Assembly: GCA_002170775.2 (NCBI GenBank)
Contig: NHIP02000014.1
Span: forward strand, 44,462-108,461
Length of the DNA: 64,000 bases
Source: Euryarchaeota archaeon TMED192
Lineage (GTDB): Archaea; Thermoplasmatota; Poseidoniia; Poseidoniales; Thalassarchaeaceae
Direction: 5' to 3'
The position numbers were made by a program, and so were the translations under genes. Positions within the stretch are counted from its first letter, which is position 1, and every line of letters begins with the position of its first letter. The notes below the pieces were generated by a model. It was not told the DNA's origin. It did no database searches and was given only the letters and a program-made list of their open reading frames with translations. Positions 1-14,393 of the stretch are shown one piece after another.

Positions 1-1356
1 GCCGTTGTCCGCGGTGAAGTAAAGGCTATCCTCCGCTACAGTGAGCTCTCTTGGGCTAGACCCCGCCCAGTCGGCGCAGCACACATTGATGCCCTGCGCC
101 TGTCCGGATTCCGTATCTGGATGTATGTTCTCCACGATCATGGTGCCGAGTTCAGTCCCATCGGACACCCACAGCTCCTCGCCGCTCATTTCCCAGTCCT
201 CGTAGGAATTCCAGTACGCTGCCATCGAGGAGAAGAAGACCTTGTCGCCAACAGCAGTGAGCTCTCGAGGGCCAGTATACCACGCTATGTTCTGACCTAC
301 GAAGGGTACTGATTGAGACAGGGTCTGGAAGAACATGCCGTCCTCTATCACCTGCTTGGTGCCCGATGCAGTCCCGTCCGACACCCAAAGCTCGTGATCC
401 GTGAAAGGTAGTTGTGAGTTGTTCCTGGCAAAGAAAAACAGTTTGTCGCCTGCGACGGTCAGTTCGGTTATGTCGCTGTCATCAGGCTCAGTTGTGCCCT
501 GGATGATGTTTATCCAACGCTCCTCCGGATTGACGTCCTTCACCATGTAGGTCCCGGATACCGTACCGTCCGAGCGCCAGAGCTCTTCTCCATGACTTCC
601 GTCATCAGCAGCGAAATAGGCAACGCCGCCCATTACAACCGGGTTTCTCGGCGCCGCGTCCCCCAGCCCCGGATTTATGTCTTTGACCATGCCAATGGGG
701 CCATTACAAATCCCCTCCCTGTGAGTGATTTCATCCCCGGCGATCCTTCCATCTATGTCTTGGGAACCGGTACCGTCATCGAATCCCAATTGAAATTCAT
801 GACCTTTGAGACCATACGGGCAACTATCCCATTTGTCGACAAGTTGGAATATCGGCCTTGAGATCGTGGTCTGCAATGCAGAAAGTGTGGATTGGAGCGT
901 TTGATAACTAGCTTGAAGCTCCTCAATCTGACCTTCACTCAATAGGAGGTCCACCTCCAATAAGGAGACTTCCTGATCCAGCAATGCCCTTTGTGATTCT
1001 AGTTGATCGATGTCTCCCTGGGATGTCGCGATTGTCTGGTTGAGCTGTTCTATTTGCACGTTGAGTGCCGTGATGTTGGCCTCGAGGACGACTCTTCGCT
1101 GGGTGGCCTGTTCGATCAATGCGCTCAACGACTCAATATCCGACTCTAGATTCTCCTGGGCCTCCAACAGAAGGAGATTCTCCTCAGAGACTCCGTCAGA
1201 TGTACTGTTGGCCTCGCTCCAGAGATCTTCTAACAGGTCGATTTGATCTTCAAGGTCGCTCATCTCGCTCCGATTCGATGCCTCGTTGTAAACTAGGCCA
1301 GCGCCAAGTGATGCAGTGAAGAATAGAGAAACAATCAGAAGGGCGCTCCGTGCCAT
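1..1356 (-). CDS. exported coiled-coil / ELWxxDGT-repeat surface protein (partial; continues beyond window start)
   Basis: Not in the supplied track because it runs off the edge. Hand translation of the minus strand from ATG 1356..1354 stays open to nt 1 (452 codons, checked in 60-nt blocks). It begins MARSALLIVSLFFTASLGAG (signal or anchor). About 150 aa of Q/E/L-rich coiled coil follow (LEDLWSEANS...LEAQENLESDIESLSALIEQ...). Three ELW(R/V)SDGT repeats lie at 585..562, 393..370 and 177..154. Confidence 0.7.
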   Translation of the reverse strand, partial: MARSALLIVSLFFTASLGAGLVYNEASNRSEMSDLEDQIDLLEDLWSEANSTSDGVSEENLLLLEAQENLESDIESLSALIEQATQRRVVLEANITALNVQIEQLNQTIATSQGDIDQLESQRALLDQEVSLLEVDLLLSEGQIEELQASYQTLQSTLSALQTTISRPIFQLVDKWDSCPYGLKGHEFQLGFDDGTGSQDIDGRIAGDEITHREGICNGPIGMVKDINPGLGDAAPRNPVVMGGVAYFAADDGSHGEELWRSDGTVSGTYMVKDVNPEERWINIIQGTTEPDDSDITELTVAGDKLFFFARNNSQLPFTDHELWVSDGTASGTKQVIEDGMFFQTLSQSVPFVGQNIAWYTGPRELTAVGDKVFFSSMAAYWNSYEDWEMSGEELWVSDGTELGTMIVENIHPDTESGQAQGINVCCADWAGSSPRELTVAEDSLYFTADNG

Positions 1357-1393
1357 AGCGCGGGGAAGCGCACCCCAATCTTGTTTCTTTCCC

Positions 1394-2596
1394 CTACTGT
1401 TTCAATAATTCCAGTAGGGTAATTGTGAAGTCAGGATGTGTGGCTCCCACGCACTCATGTCCTAGAATCACCCCTCCAACACGACTTGCCAATGCGAGAG
1501 CAGTCATGGCCACGCGATGGTCGTTGTGCGTCTCTATTTTGGTTTCCGGACGAACCAATGCCTGCCTGCCTGGTACCTCCAGCATGCCCCCGTCTCTCGA
1601 ATAGGCAGCCATCCCAAAAGATGAGAGAAGCTCCACCGTAGTCTTAACTCTGTGCGATTCCTTACGACCAACATGCCCTATGCCCGTTATTGTCCCTCCC
1701 TCGCCTATCGCAAGAAGTGCGGCTGCAGGCGTAATCAGGTCGCTGGCATCAGACAGATCAAGGCTTTCCACATTGTTACTGTGTAGTGATTCTATAGCAT
1801 TCCCTAGAAGTTCGGATTCCAGGTGTACCGAGGATCTGAGATCGACACCGTGCAGCCTTTCCAGGAGCATGATCACTGGAACCAGGCTTCTCTCCGGAGG
1901 AACATCTACCCTTTCTGGCAGAACAATGTCCCATGGTCTGATGATGAGAAAATTTTCTGAAAACTCATTTTCAGATCCGGTTAGACTTGCAATCTTGTAA
2001 CTCAGATTGAGATATCCCCTGCTCACGGGCTTTCCGGTGATGCGCACGGTCAATTCCGCCCTCATCGATGGGGCTGCCATAAGGAGTGCTGAGAGCGGTT
2101 GACTTCCTTCCGACAGATCTAACTCGATATCTCCGGAATTCGCAGGACCAGATATACGCAAAGAACCGTCCTTCCAGCGTTTGCAATCGCAACCGATCGC
2201 CGAAAGAGCATTGGAAAGAATGTCGAATGGACGAGATCTAAGCGAGGAATCTCCTGTAATCGAAGTCTCCAGCGGGAGCGATGAGCATAGCGACATCAGC
2301 ATCCTGAGGCCAGTTCCTGAATTCCCTAGATCAAGACCCTCGCTGGCATGGATCGGGAATCCAACATCGGAAACTCCCACCCTTATCTTCCCATCCATAG
2401 TTTCTATTTTGCCGCCTAGCCTATTCAAGCTGGAAACAACATTTCTGACATCCTCTCCGATTTCACCTCGATGACAGATTTCCATTTTGCTTTGAGACTG
2501 CGAGGCCAACATTAGCCATCTTATGATGTGGCTCTTGGAAGCCGGAAGAGGCCAAGCCATGCCCTCGGCAATATTGGATTCGGGTAACTCGATCAC
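1394..2596 (-). CDS. aroA: 3-phosphoshikimate 1-carboxyvinyltransferase (EPSP synthase)
   Basis: Motifs: LPASKSHIIRWLMLA (LPGSKS-type), LGNSGTGLRML (LGNAGTAMR-type) and HNDHRVAMTALALA (DHRxAM). The longest ORF (start 2689) would overlap the upstream gene by 86 nt. The in-frame GTG at 2596 gives an N-terminus (IELPESNIAEG..) that aligns with the family, so the start is uncertain between 2596 and 2689. Confidence 0.85.
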   Translation of the reverse strand: MIELPESNIAEGMAWPLPASKSHIIRWLMLASQSQSKMEICHRGEIGEDVRNVVSSLNRLGGKIETMDGKIRVGVSDVGFPIHASEGLDLGNSGTGLRMLMSLCSSLPLETSITGDSSLRSRPFDILSNALSAIGCDCKRWKDGSLRISGPANSGDIELDLSEGSQPLSALLMAAPSMRAELTVRITGKPVSRGYLNLSYKIASLTGSENEFSENFLIIRPWDIVLPERVDVPPERSLVPVIMLLERLHGVDLRSSVHLESELLGNAIESLHSNNVESLDLSDASDLITPAAALLAIGEGGTITGIGHVGRKESHRVKTTVELLSSFGMAAYSRDGGMLEVPGRQALVRPETKIETHNDHRVAMTALALASRVGGVILGHECVGATHPDFTITLLELLKQ

Positions 2597-2603
2597 GACA
2601 CAC

Positions 2604-3491
2604 TCACGGGGACGAGTCGATTGAACCCTCGCTTCGAATCCAGTCCCCGAAGTCACTCGACCCGTCCCAGGAATCAGCCCTCTTGTCAATGATGCTCTTT
2701 TCCAGAGTCTCTTCCAGAGTCCCCGTCATTTTGACGAGGTTGTTTCTGTGTAGCAATTTTGGACTCAACCCGGGAAGCAGTATGGAGATGGCCCTCGGTA
2801 CCCTTCCAGGGTATACCTCATTCACGTGCCCAACTATGTTTGTGGTACAGGTATTGGTGATTGTATTGTACCATTCAGGGTCTTGGTTAAGTTTGTTGGT
2901 CCTCCTCAGATAGGATTCAAGCATCCTCCGCTCGTTCCCCGGACCCAGAACGACGGCTTCGAAGAGATGGGTCACCGACTTCTTCCTGCATCTTGTTCTG
3001 ACTCCGATAACATCTCTCTCAGTTGCCCAGACGTAGATTAACTCGTATTGGCGAAACATCCCCTTGATGGGGTGGTAGCGCTCTCCCTTCTCCCTTCGAA
3101 CCTCGATGGAACAGGCTAGCCTCTCTCCATCTTCAGTCTCGAAACTCATTATCGTATGAGCCATCTGTCTTTTCGAGGGATCAAAGTACTCCAAGGCGAA
3201 CCAGATCTTCGATATTTTGTTGAGATTTATCTTGACATCGATCCATCTTTCATCGAAGTCTCTTGTGCTTCTCCAATTGAAATCTCTGACGTTTCGAATC
3301 ATCACCTCATCACTATTGAAATGTGCAGTTGCCATCCTCTCATTGTCGTTGACCCATGATCTGTCGTTAGATGGTCTGAGGCTGAGATGCCTCATTGTTA
3401 GCCAAATCAGGAATGCTAATGCCAACGCGACCGTCAGCAGAATGGGCCAGGCTAAATCAACAGCAACTCCACTTGTTGGGCCGCCTTCCAT
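2604..3491 (-). CDS. DUF4105-like membrane-anchored protein
   Basis: One N-terminal TM (WPILLTVALALAFLIWL). Blocks AHTIMSF, GMFRQYELIYVWATERDVIGVRT and EWYNTITNTCTTNIV resemble the DUF4105 (Lnb N-terminal) pattern as I remember it. The start is moved to ATG 3491 because the longest ORF (3605) runs through tRNA-Ser. Confidence 0.55.
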   Translation of the reverse strand: MEGGPTSGVAVDLAWPILLTVALALAFLIWLTMRHLSLRPSNDRSWVNDNERMATAHFNSDEVMIRNVRDFNWRSTRDFDERWIDVKINLNKISKIWFALEYFDPSKRQMAHTIMSFETEDGERLACSIEVRREKGERYHPIKGMFRQYELIYVWATERDVIGVRTRCRKKSVTHLFEAVVLGPGNERRMLESYLRRTNKLNQDPEWYNTITNTCTTNIVGHVNEVYPGRVPRAISILLPGLSPKLLHRNNLVKMTGTLEETLEKSIIDKRADSWDGSSDFGDWIRSEGSIDSSP

Positions 3492-3541
3492 CAGTACCAC
3501 ATGGAAACCGTCGAGCGCATGAACCCTCCCTCGATATAACA

Positions 3542-3628
3542 TGGCGCGGCAGGGGAGATTCGAACTCCCGAGGTGAGACACCACTGGATTAGCAATCCAG
3601 CGCAATGGCCAGGCTATGCGACTGCCGC
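3542..3628 (-). tRNA. tRNA-Ser (anticodon GCU), CCA encoded
   Basis: Minus-strand sequence GCGGCAG..CTGGA-TTGCTAA-TCCAG..long variable arm (GGTG/CACC)..GGGAG-TTCGAAT-CTCCC-CTGCCGC-G-CCA. It has a 7-bp acceptor stem and a type-II long extra arm. Coordinates are anchored to the ORF-track frame. Confidence 0.85.
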
Positions 3629-3674
3629 AATGTTCCGGCGACCCAAGATTCCGGCTTAAGGCGAGCGGTTGGAA

Positions 3675-8496
<4,822 letters not shown>

Positions 8497-8501
8497 TCAC
8501 G

Positions 8502-8509
8502 ATTATACA
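8502..8509 (+). promoter_or_regulatory. TATA-like box (ATTATACA) about 26 nt upstream of the aroD start codon (leaderless-type spacing)
   Basis: It sits in the 187-nt divergent gyrB/aroD intergenic region. The spacing to GTG 8531 matches archaeal TATA-to-TSS distance. Sequence-only inference. Confidence 0.35.
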
Positions 8510-8530
8510 CGCGATTTCAACCCCAGACTC

Positions 8531-9328
8531 GTGGGTGCACCAAAAATCTGCGCGACACTAACCGGAACAACGGTTGAGGAGATGCTTGCAGATGCTTCTC
8601 TGGCAACTGTCGCCGGAGCAGATATGGTCGAAGCACGACTTGATATGCTCTACATGGAGGAAACTCCATTGCCCTCGGATTCAAACAATAACGATCAGAA
8701 TTCAAGATTCAGACATCCAGAAACCGTACTGACCCCTAGGAATGATCCCGACATAAATATCGACGAAGCCCTTTCTCTCCTAGAGGCAGGAATCGAGCTA
8801 CCGGTGGTGCTTACTTGTAGACCAATGCGGCAGGGAGGGTATTTCCCGGGTAATGAAGAAGAGCGATGCGCAATTTTGAGGAAAGCCATAGAATCAGGGG
8901 TTTCTTGGGTCGATCTTGAGACAGATATAGAGCCCAAGGTTCGCAGTGATTTGATTAAATTGGCAGGTAAGAAAACTAGCATCATTGCTTCTGTTCACTT
9001 TGACAGGGCCCCTGATGATTCCGATGAGGTTATTGAAAAAGTCAGAGATATGGCTAGTCATGGAGATTTAGTCAAGGTTTGTTACGAAACATCGGGGAAA
9101 CGCTCAGCATTGAAGCTGTTCGAGGCTGCATGGGAACTCAAGGAGGAAGATTTCGACTACACAATCATGGGTCTTGGGGAAGCAGGCGACTGGACGAGGA
9201 TACATGCACCAGCTGTCGGCATATCGGTCGTCTACACAACGAGCGAAACAGGTCCAAAATTGACTTCTTCAGGGAGAATAAACACTGTTGAACTCACAGG
9301 TGCATGGGAGATGCTCGACTACTCCTGA
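8531..9328 (+). CDS. aroD: 3-dehydroquinate dehydratase, type I
   Basis: The N-terminus APKICATLTG, the His block IIASVHFD and the Schiff-base Lys block GDLVKVCYE align with type I DHQase. GTG start. It carries about 25 extra residues after the EARLD block compared with E. coli AroD. Confidence 0.8.
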   Translation: MGAPKICATLTGTTVEEMLADASLATVAGADMVEARLDMLYMEETPLPSDSNNNDQNSRFRHPETVLTPRNDPDINIDEALSLLEAGIELPVVLTCRPMRQGGYFPGNEEERCAILRKAIESGVSWVDLETDIEPKVRSDLIKLAGKKTSIIASVHFDRAPDDSDEVIEKVRDMASHGDLVKVCYETSGKRSALKLFEAAWELKEEDFDYTIMGLGEAGDWTRIHAPAVGISVVYTTSETGPKLTSSGRINTVELTGAWEMLDYS

Positions 9329-10242
9329 GCAACTTCTTGAGACGCATCTTCCCGAGACCATTTGCCCCCTGTGTCTCCCTCAACTAGAGGCATGGATCTG
9401 CCATACTCTTCCTTTGACTCATTGCCCTCCTTCCATCCGTGAAATCTGGAATGGAGAACTGCAGGCACGATGATCAAGAGAATGGGGGGCAAACATACCA
9501 ATGCATATGCCGTGATGGCTGGGAGCATTACACGCTCCTCCACTTCGACAGTGACCTCTGCGATTAGCCCCATACCTTCATGCGGCTGGTTACCCGGTCT
9601 GGAAGAGTTCCAATTGTCGAGAACAAGGTACATGTTTGCATCTGCCCCTTCCCCCCACCAGTCGATGTACGCTGTTTGATCTGAATCTATGGAGGTAGTG
9701 AACTCAATCTGCTGAACACGCTCATAGGCGTGAACGTCCCTGAAAGGCAGCCACGTTGCCATATCCCTCCATTCCAGGGGTATCGAGTCCAACGCTTCTT
9801 GCATCCCCTCGAATCTGGTGTCATAGTCCAATTTGTAGATGTCGAAGTCAGTATCCGCAAGCAGATAGACATCCCCGATAGGTGGTGACCCATCCGTTAT
9901 TTCGGTGGGATCCAGATAATACGTGACGCAGAATCGATATCTGTAACCTTTGACCAACTCCATTCTCAGGGCCATGGCATCATCAGTTGGAACCAAGACC
10001 TCTGCATAGATGTCCTCTGATAGGGGACTTAGATCGAATTCCCCATATCCTAATCCCCAGCCTTCGTCGGCCTCACCATCAAATATAGGGTAGCCGCCTG
10101 CATCCACGATCTCGACCTGTGTCGAATTGGCGCCTTGATCCGGTGCGACTGAGCACGAAGACTGCTGGCCATTTGCCCCGTTGATGGGCACAAATCCCAC
10201 CGAAAGCAGGATGAACACGACAGATGTTGCATATGCCTTCAT
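9319..10242 (-). CDS. hypothetical exported protein with C-terminal TM anchor
   Basis: Signal peptide MKAYATSVVFILLSVGFVPINGANG|QQ and a C-terminal TM (AITAYALVCLPPILLIIVPAVL) followed by a charged tail. The start lies 4 nt downstream of the upstream protease gene's stop. I recognise no family. Confidence 0.6.
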   Translation of the reverse strand: MKAYATSVVFILLSVGFVPINGANGQQSSCSVAPDQGANSTQVEIVDAGGYPIFDGEADEGWGLGYGEFDLSPLSEDIYAEVLVPTDDAMALRMELVKGYRYRFCVTYYLDPTEITDGSPPIGDVYLLADTDFDIYKLDYDTRFEGMQEALDSIPLEWRDMATWLPFRDVHAYERVQQIEFTTSIDSDQTAYIDWWGEGADANMYLVLDNWNSSRPGNQPHEGMGLIAEVTVEVEERVMLPAITAYALVCLPPILLIIVPAVLHSRFHGWKEGNESKEEYGRSMPLVEGDTGGKWSREDASQEVAQE

Positions 10243-10246
10243 TGCC

Positions 10247-13200
10247 TCACCTTCTAGAGCGTACGGGACGTATGTATCCCGATTCCTCGTCTCTTCGGTC
10301 CTCTATGGTCAGATACTTCGGCTGAGGCGGTGCTGTGTGCTGATCCATGCCCTGGAGGCCGCCCTCGCGCTTCACTTCAGGCACGCCAAAGGTTTGATCG
10401 AACTCATCAGCTTCCAATTCTTCATCGTCCTTTTGCCTCAGTATCATCCACCAAAGAATGGCGAGCAGCGATACTAGAGCGAGAAGCCCAATATTTTCTT
10501 CTGAGGGGACGAAGTCTTCGAGAGTCAACTCTCCAAGTGACTTCGGAGTATCGGATTGTTGGTCCGTGTACACGGTGACAATGAAAATTCTGTCAACGCA
10601 TATGTCCACTCCGTCACATACTCTCAGAAGGACCTGGCGCTCACCGACTTCAGACCATGAAGCATCCGACCACTCGAAATCATTGGATGCATCGCCATCC
10701 CCGTCCTCGTCAAGAAGGATGTCCGTATCCCAGAACGACTCAAGCTCGCCCGTCAGCAGCCATTGCCTGTCATTCGAAACAGACCCATCCCCATCACTGT
10801 CCACAAAGGCGTCTTTGTCTAGCCATGCCACGATTCCAGATTCAAGATCTGGATCGAAGAATGTAGCCGATATGTCAACTGAATCGCCAACCGTAATCTG
10901 ATCAGTGTTCACTATGCTCTGGGCAGGAATCACAGGTGCCTCGGACACGGTCACTAAGATCGTAGTGCTTTGGACATCACCTGTAAGGAAACCATCTCTT
11001 ACTGTTAGTGTTACGATGTAATCTCCTGGTTGGGCCCATGAGTGCCATGCGGTCGCACCTTCCTGAATTGGACTCCCATCTCCGAAATCCCAATACCAAT
11101 CAACAATGCCAGTCCACTCGGGAGATTCAGGATCGATAGAGGTACCATTTTCGAACTCAACATCTCCATCTATGCTACTCCTTCCATCCAAGAAAAGAGG
11201 CTGCTCGGGCGCCAGGAAAATCCCACCCTCGGTCGTGTGGGGAACCATCCAAATTACCGAGGGATCATCCGTATCCACAGTCTCTAGGAACGGATTGTCA
11301 CCATCCGTTGCAATTCTAGCCTCTATTTCAGGTATGGGCTGGGGATTTGAGATCTCTATCGTATAGGTCTTGACTCCAGACTCTTCGCCGAGATTGTCGA
11401 ATACTACGAGGGATACTGAATAGGTGCCCGGGTCATCGAAGGTGTAGAAGACTGTTGAAATATTTTCAATAGTCGCTCCTTCTATAGTCCACAGGTAAGA
11501 AAGATCTCCTGCAAACCCATCGGGATCATAGCTAGATGTCGCGTCAAAGATGTACTCCTGTCCAGATTCTCCGTCCATTGGCCGACTTAGAACAGCTAGA
11601 GGACGCTGATTGAGGACTAGAACATTGAATGTATGTGCTGTTCGATTCCCATCATTGTCTTCAACCTCTAAAGTCACATTCTTCATGCCAGGGGTCTTCC
11701 AAGCAACTCTTGGATTGGAGAGGTCAGAACTCGTCTGCGTAAAGTCCGAACCAAGTGACAGCGATGAACCGCCTATGTTGACTCCATCCCCATCATCACC
11801 AGTTTCGAATGACCATGACCAAGAGACTATCACCCCGTCAACGTCCTCAAAAATATCAGGGAGAATCATTGGAGTTAGTGTGAATGTCTGCAATGGCTGG
11901 TCGAGAATCAGTGACGGAGCACGATTCAATATTGTGATGAGATAATCTGACCTCACTCTGTGGATTCCATCGTCCACAGTCAGTCCGAGAGTATACACTG
12001 TGCCATCCGAATCCCCATCATTCCAAGCGTGGCTTGTTTCAGTCAGGCCGATTCCGGACTCGACCTGCCCGTCTCCCCAGTCCCATTCAAACCAAAGAAG
12101 GTCAAGAGGCACGTTGTCCTCTGTCTGACGAGATGAGAATGCAACTCTTTGCCCGGTGAGGAGAGAAATCCCTTCTCCGATCGATAACCCCTCTATCGAA
12201 ATTTCAGGCAGCGGGTCAGAGGAATCATTCACAAAAATATCCCATGTGACGATATCTGAATCTGCCAGTCCTTGATCTGTAACGAGAAGTGTGACTGTGT
12301 AGTTACCATTCTCAGTGTATGAGTGGTAGGGATTCTTCAAGGTCGAAGATGCCCCATCGCCGAAATCCCAGGCGTATGCTGCAGGGGGTTCAATGTTTGA
12401 GTATGTGCCATTTTGAAGACCGATCCCCCATTCGTCGGTCCCCGATCCGAAGAATGCAATTTGCAGCCAGGGCTGTGTGTCGATTGTGGAAGAAGATCCA
12501 GATGCTGATGGCATCATATTGGAAAGATTTTGTTGATATCCCAGTGCTTGGTCTACTTCCAATCCTTCTCCATTAATGAGACTCAGCCTGAATGTCCAGT
12601 CTCCGTCCGAGGGGGGTGTGAACCAGAATCGCCCTTCCACTGGAACGCTGTTTCCTGCAATCATCTTGTTAGTGGAACTAGACACTACTTCGCCATCGGA
12701 GTCTATTGCCTCGATCAAGACGTCAACGCGTTCATAGAATGCCTGGGAAAGAACCTGATATCCCATTTCTACGGCGTCATCATTGCCATTGCCATCTCGA
12801 TCGAATGTGGTGGATTCCGATATGCTAATTTCTGCGGGATCAGTTATGAGTTGAGCAAATACCTCCATGGAGGCTGTCGGATACCCTTCTGGCGGCAGAG
12901 GGCCACAACTTGCATATGCATAGTCGCAATCTCCAATAGAACTCTCAAATCTTACAATCACCCAAACATCATCAACATCCCCTCCGAATGATTGGACTAA
13001 TCCCAAGAGATCTGAAGTAGTCGGGTCCACAATCATATTCGTTATTGACCAGGTCCCAGTCGAGGAGTCTCGTTGAAGAAGGGATCCCATGAAGCCCGAT
13101 TCAGACGTATTCACTCTGATACTCAACTGTGCACCAGTGCCTCCTGTGTATCTATATGCACGAATACCCCATCCCTCGATTTCCTGTATGCCACTTGTGG

Positions 13201-14344
13201 CCGTTTCCGACCATGTATCATTGAAACCGCTGTATTGTACTCGGCATATAGTGCTCGAACAACCGAATGCCAGATCAAGATTGCTGAAACCAAGCCCTAG
13301 CTGGTTACTATCCAGGGTTGCAGCGGCCGAGAAATTGGCAAAGATATCCGAGAATGTCGTACCAATGGGCGTCGCGCCCGGCTCCGGAGCAAGCGCGAGA
13401 TTGACTATGCCCTGGCTTCCTTTTGCTGAGTCAGCGATAAGCCGTTGGAAAGCGTTCGAACCCCCCATGGTATCTACGACGTATAGCATCATAAGGAAAC
13501 CAGCACCATAGTCTCCATTTCTCTGATTCCACCATCTCACAGACATGTTGGACGACTCTGTCCAGCCATTGGCATGCCCGACCAAGGTATTAGTCAGTCC
13601 AAATGTCAAATATGCCGCCATGTCAGCCGCCCCCTCATCGATCCAAATGTACTCTCCCGGGTCTCTTGCAGAATGCAAAAGATGTGCAAACTCATGTGAT
13701 ATGATCGTATTTCTCCAAGAGAGGTCTTCCGAATCCATGAAGATTATCTCCCTGCCTGAAGACATTGATGGATTGAAGTAGCCACCAATCCCCCCTCCGC
13801 CATCGATTGAGAGAATCAGAAGCTCTACTGTGCAGGTTTCATCAATATCTGGAATAGATCCAAAGTAAGATGTGACAGTTGGTTGAATGGTATTATCCCA
13901 TGTAGTTGAGATATCATTCAGAGTTGTTGCTGGAATAGATACTCCAACTTCAACTAATATGGCTATGCCTGATCCGACCTTTGCTACAATTGCATCAGTG
14001 GATTCGCTACCTTGGTTGATTGTAACAGAATCACCTTCCTGATGCGCATTGGCACAAGACCGTATTTGGGACCTTGAATTTGTGATGCTTAGAGCGTCAA
14101 CGCGCCCAGGGAACCCCTCATCGATCCATTGCGTCTTGAGCGGTATGTATCCAGAAGAAATCCCAGACCCGGTTCCAGGATAGTATCGACCATTCTCATG
14201 AGCCTTCGACGCCTCCTCTGGTTGATGGGTCACAGGCTCTTCAAAAACCGCTGTAGATATGGGGGCAAATAGTGAGGACGTTAGTAGGATTAACACCAAA
14301 ACAAATGGCGGTGTTTTGTTCCGATGTCGATAACTTGTCAGCAC
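10247..14344 (-). CDS. exported gluzincin-type metalloprotease with PKD-domain array and C-terminal TM anchor
   Basis: The N-terminal signal is TPPFVLVLILLTSSLFAPISTA. HEFAH (about 13696..13682) is followed 15 residues later by WIDEGAA, a HExxH...E(G) gluzincin arrangement. At least 5 PKD-like units carry WDFGDG, WDWGDG or WYWDFGDGSP motifs (about 10900..12400). The TM is IGLLALVSLLAILWWMIL. GTG start. Confidence 0.8.
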   Translation of the reverse strand: MLTSYRHRNKTPPFVLVLILLTSSLFAPISTAVFEEPVTHQPEEASKAHENGRYYPGTGSGISSGYIPLKTQWIDEGFPGRVDALSITNSRSQIRSCANAHQEGDSVTINQGSESTDAIVAKVGSGIAILVEVGVSIPATTLNDISTTWDNTIQPTVTSYFGSIPDIDETCTVELLILSIDGGGGIGGYFNPSMSSGREIIFMDSEDLSWRNTIISHEFAHLLHSARDPGEYIWIDEGAADMAAYLTFGLTNTLVGHANGWTESSNMSVRWWNQRNGDYGAGFLMMLYVVDTMGGSNAFQRLIADSAKGSQGIVNLALAPEPGATPIGTTFSDIFANFSAAATLDSNQLGLGFSNLDLAFGCSSTICRVQYSGFNDTWSETATSGIQEIEGWGIRAYRYTGGTGAQLSIRVNTSESGFMGSLLQRDSSTGTWSITNMIVDPTTSDLLGLVQSFGGDVDDVWVIVRFESSIGDCDYAYASCGPLPPEGYPTASMEVFAQLITDPAEISISESTTFDRDGNGNDDAVEMGYQVLSQAFYERVDVLIEAIDSDGEVVSSSTNKMIAGNSVPVEGRFWFTPPSDGDWTFRLSLINGEGLEVDQALGYQQNLSNMMPSASGSSSTIDTQPWLQIAFFGSGTDEWGIGLQNGTYSNIEPPAAYAWDFGDGASSTLKNPYHSYTENGNYTVTLLVTDQGLADSDIVTWDIFVNDSSDPLPEISIEGLSIGEGISLLTGQRVAFSSRQTEDNVPLDLLWFEWDWGDGQVESGIGLTETSHAWNDGDSDGTVYTLGLTVDDGIHRVRSDYLITILNRAPSLILDQPLQTFTLTPMILPDIFEDVDGVIVSWSWSFETGDDGDGVNIGGSSLSLGSDFTQTSSDLSNPRVAWKTPGMKNVTLEVEDNDGNRTAHTFNVLVLNQRPLAVLSRPMDGESGQEYIFDATSSYDPDGFAGDLSYLWTIEGATIENISTVFYTFDDPGTYSVSLVVFDNLGEESGVKTYTIEISNPQPIPEIEARIATDGDNPFLETVDTDDPSVIWMVPHTTEGGIFLAPEQPLFLDGRSSIDGDVEFENGTSIDPESPEWTGIVDWYWDFGDGSPIQEGATAWHSWAQPGDYIVTLTVRDGFLTGDVQSTTILVTVSEAPVIPAQSIVNTDQITVGDSVDISATFFDPDLESGIVAWLDKDAFVDSDGDGSVSNDRQWLLTGELESFWDTDILLDEDGDGDASNDFEWSDASWSEVGERQVLLRVCDGVDICVDRIFIVTVYTDQQSDTPKSLGELTLEDFVPSEENIGLLALVSLLAILWWMILRQKDDEELEADEFDQTFGVPEVKREGGLQGMDQHTAPPQPKYLTIEDRRDEESGYIRPVRSRR

Positions 14345-14393
14345 ACCGCCTCCTTACAGCATTTCATACCTCTACAGGCGACTTTTAACATCG

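Noticed and set aside
3492-3605. N-terminal 38 codons of the longest ORF 2604..3605
   Set aside because: This stretch is the tRNA-Ser gene read in a protein frame. The real CDS most likely starts at ATG 3491, just before its TM segment.
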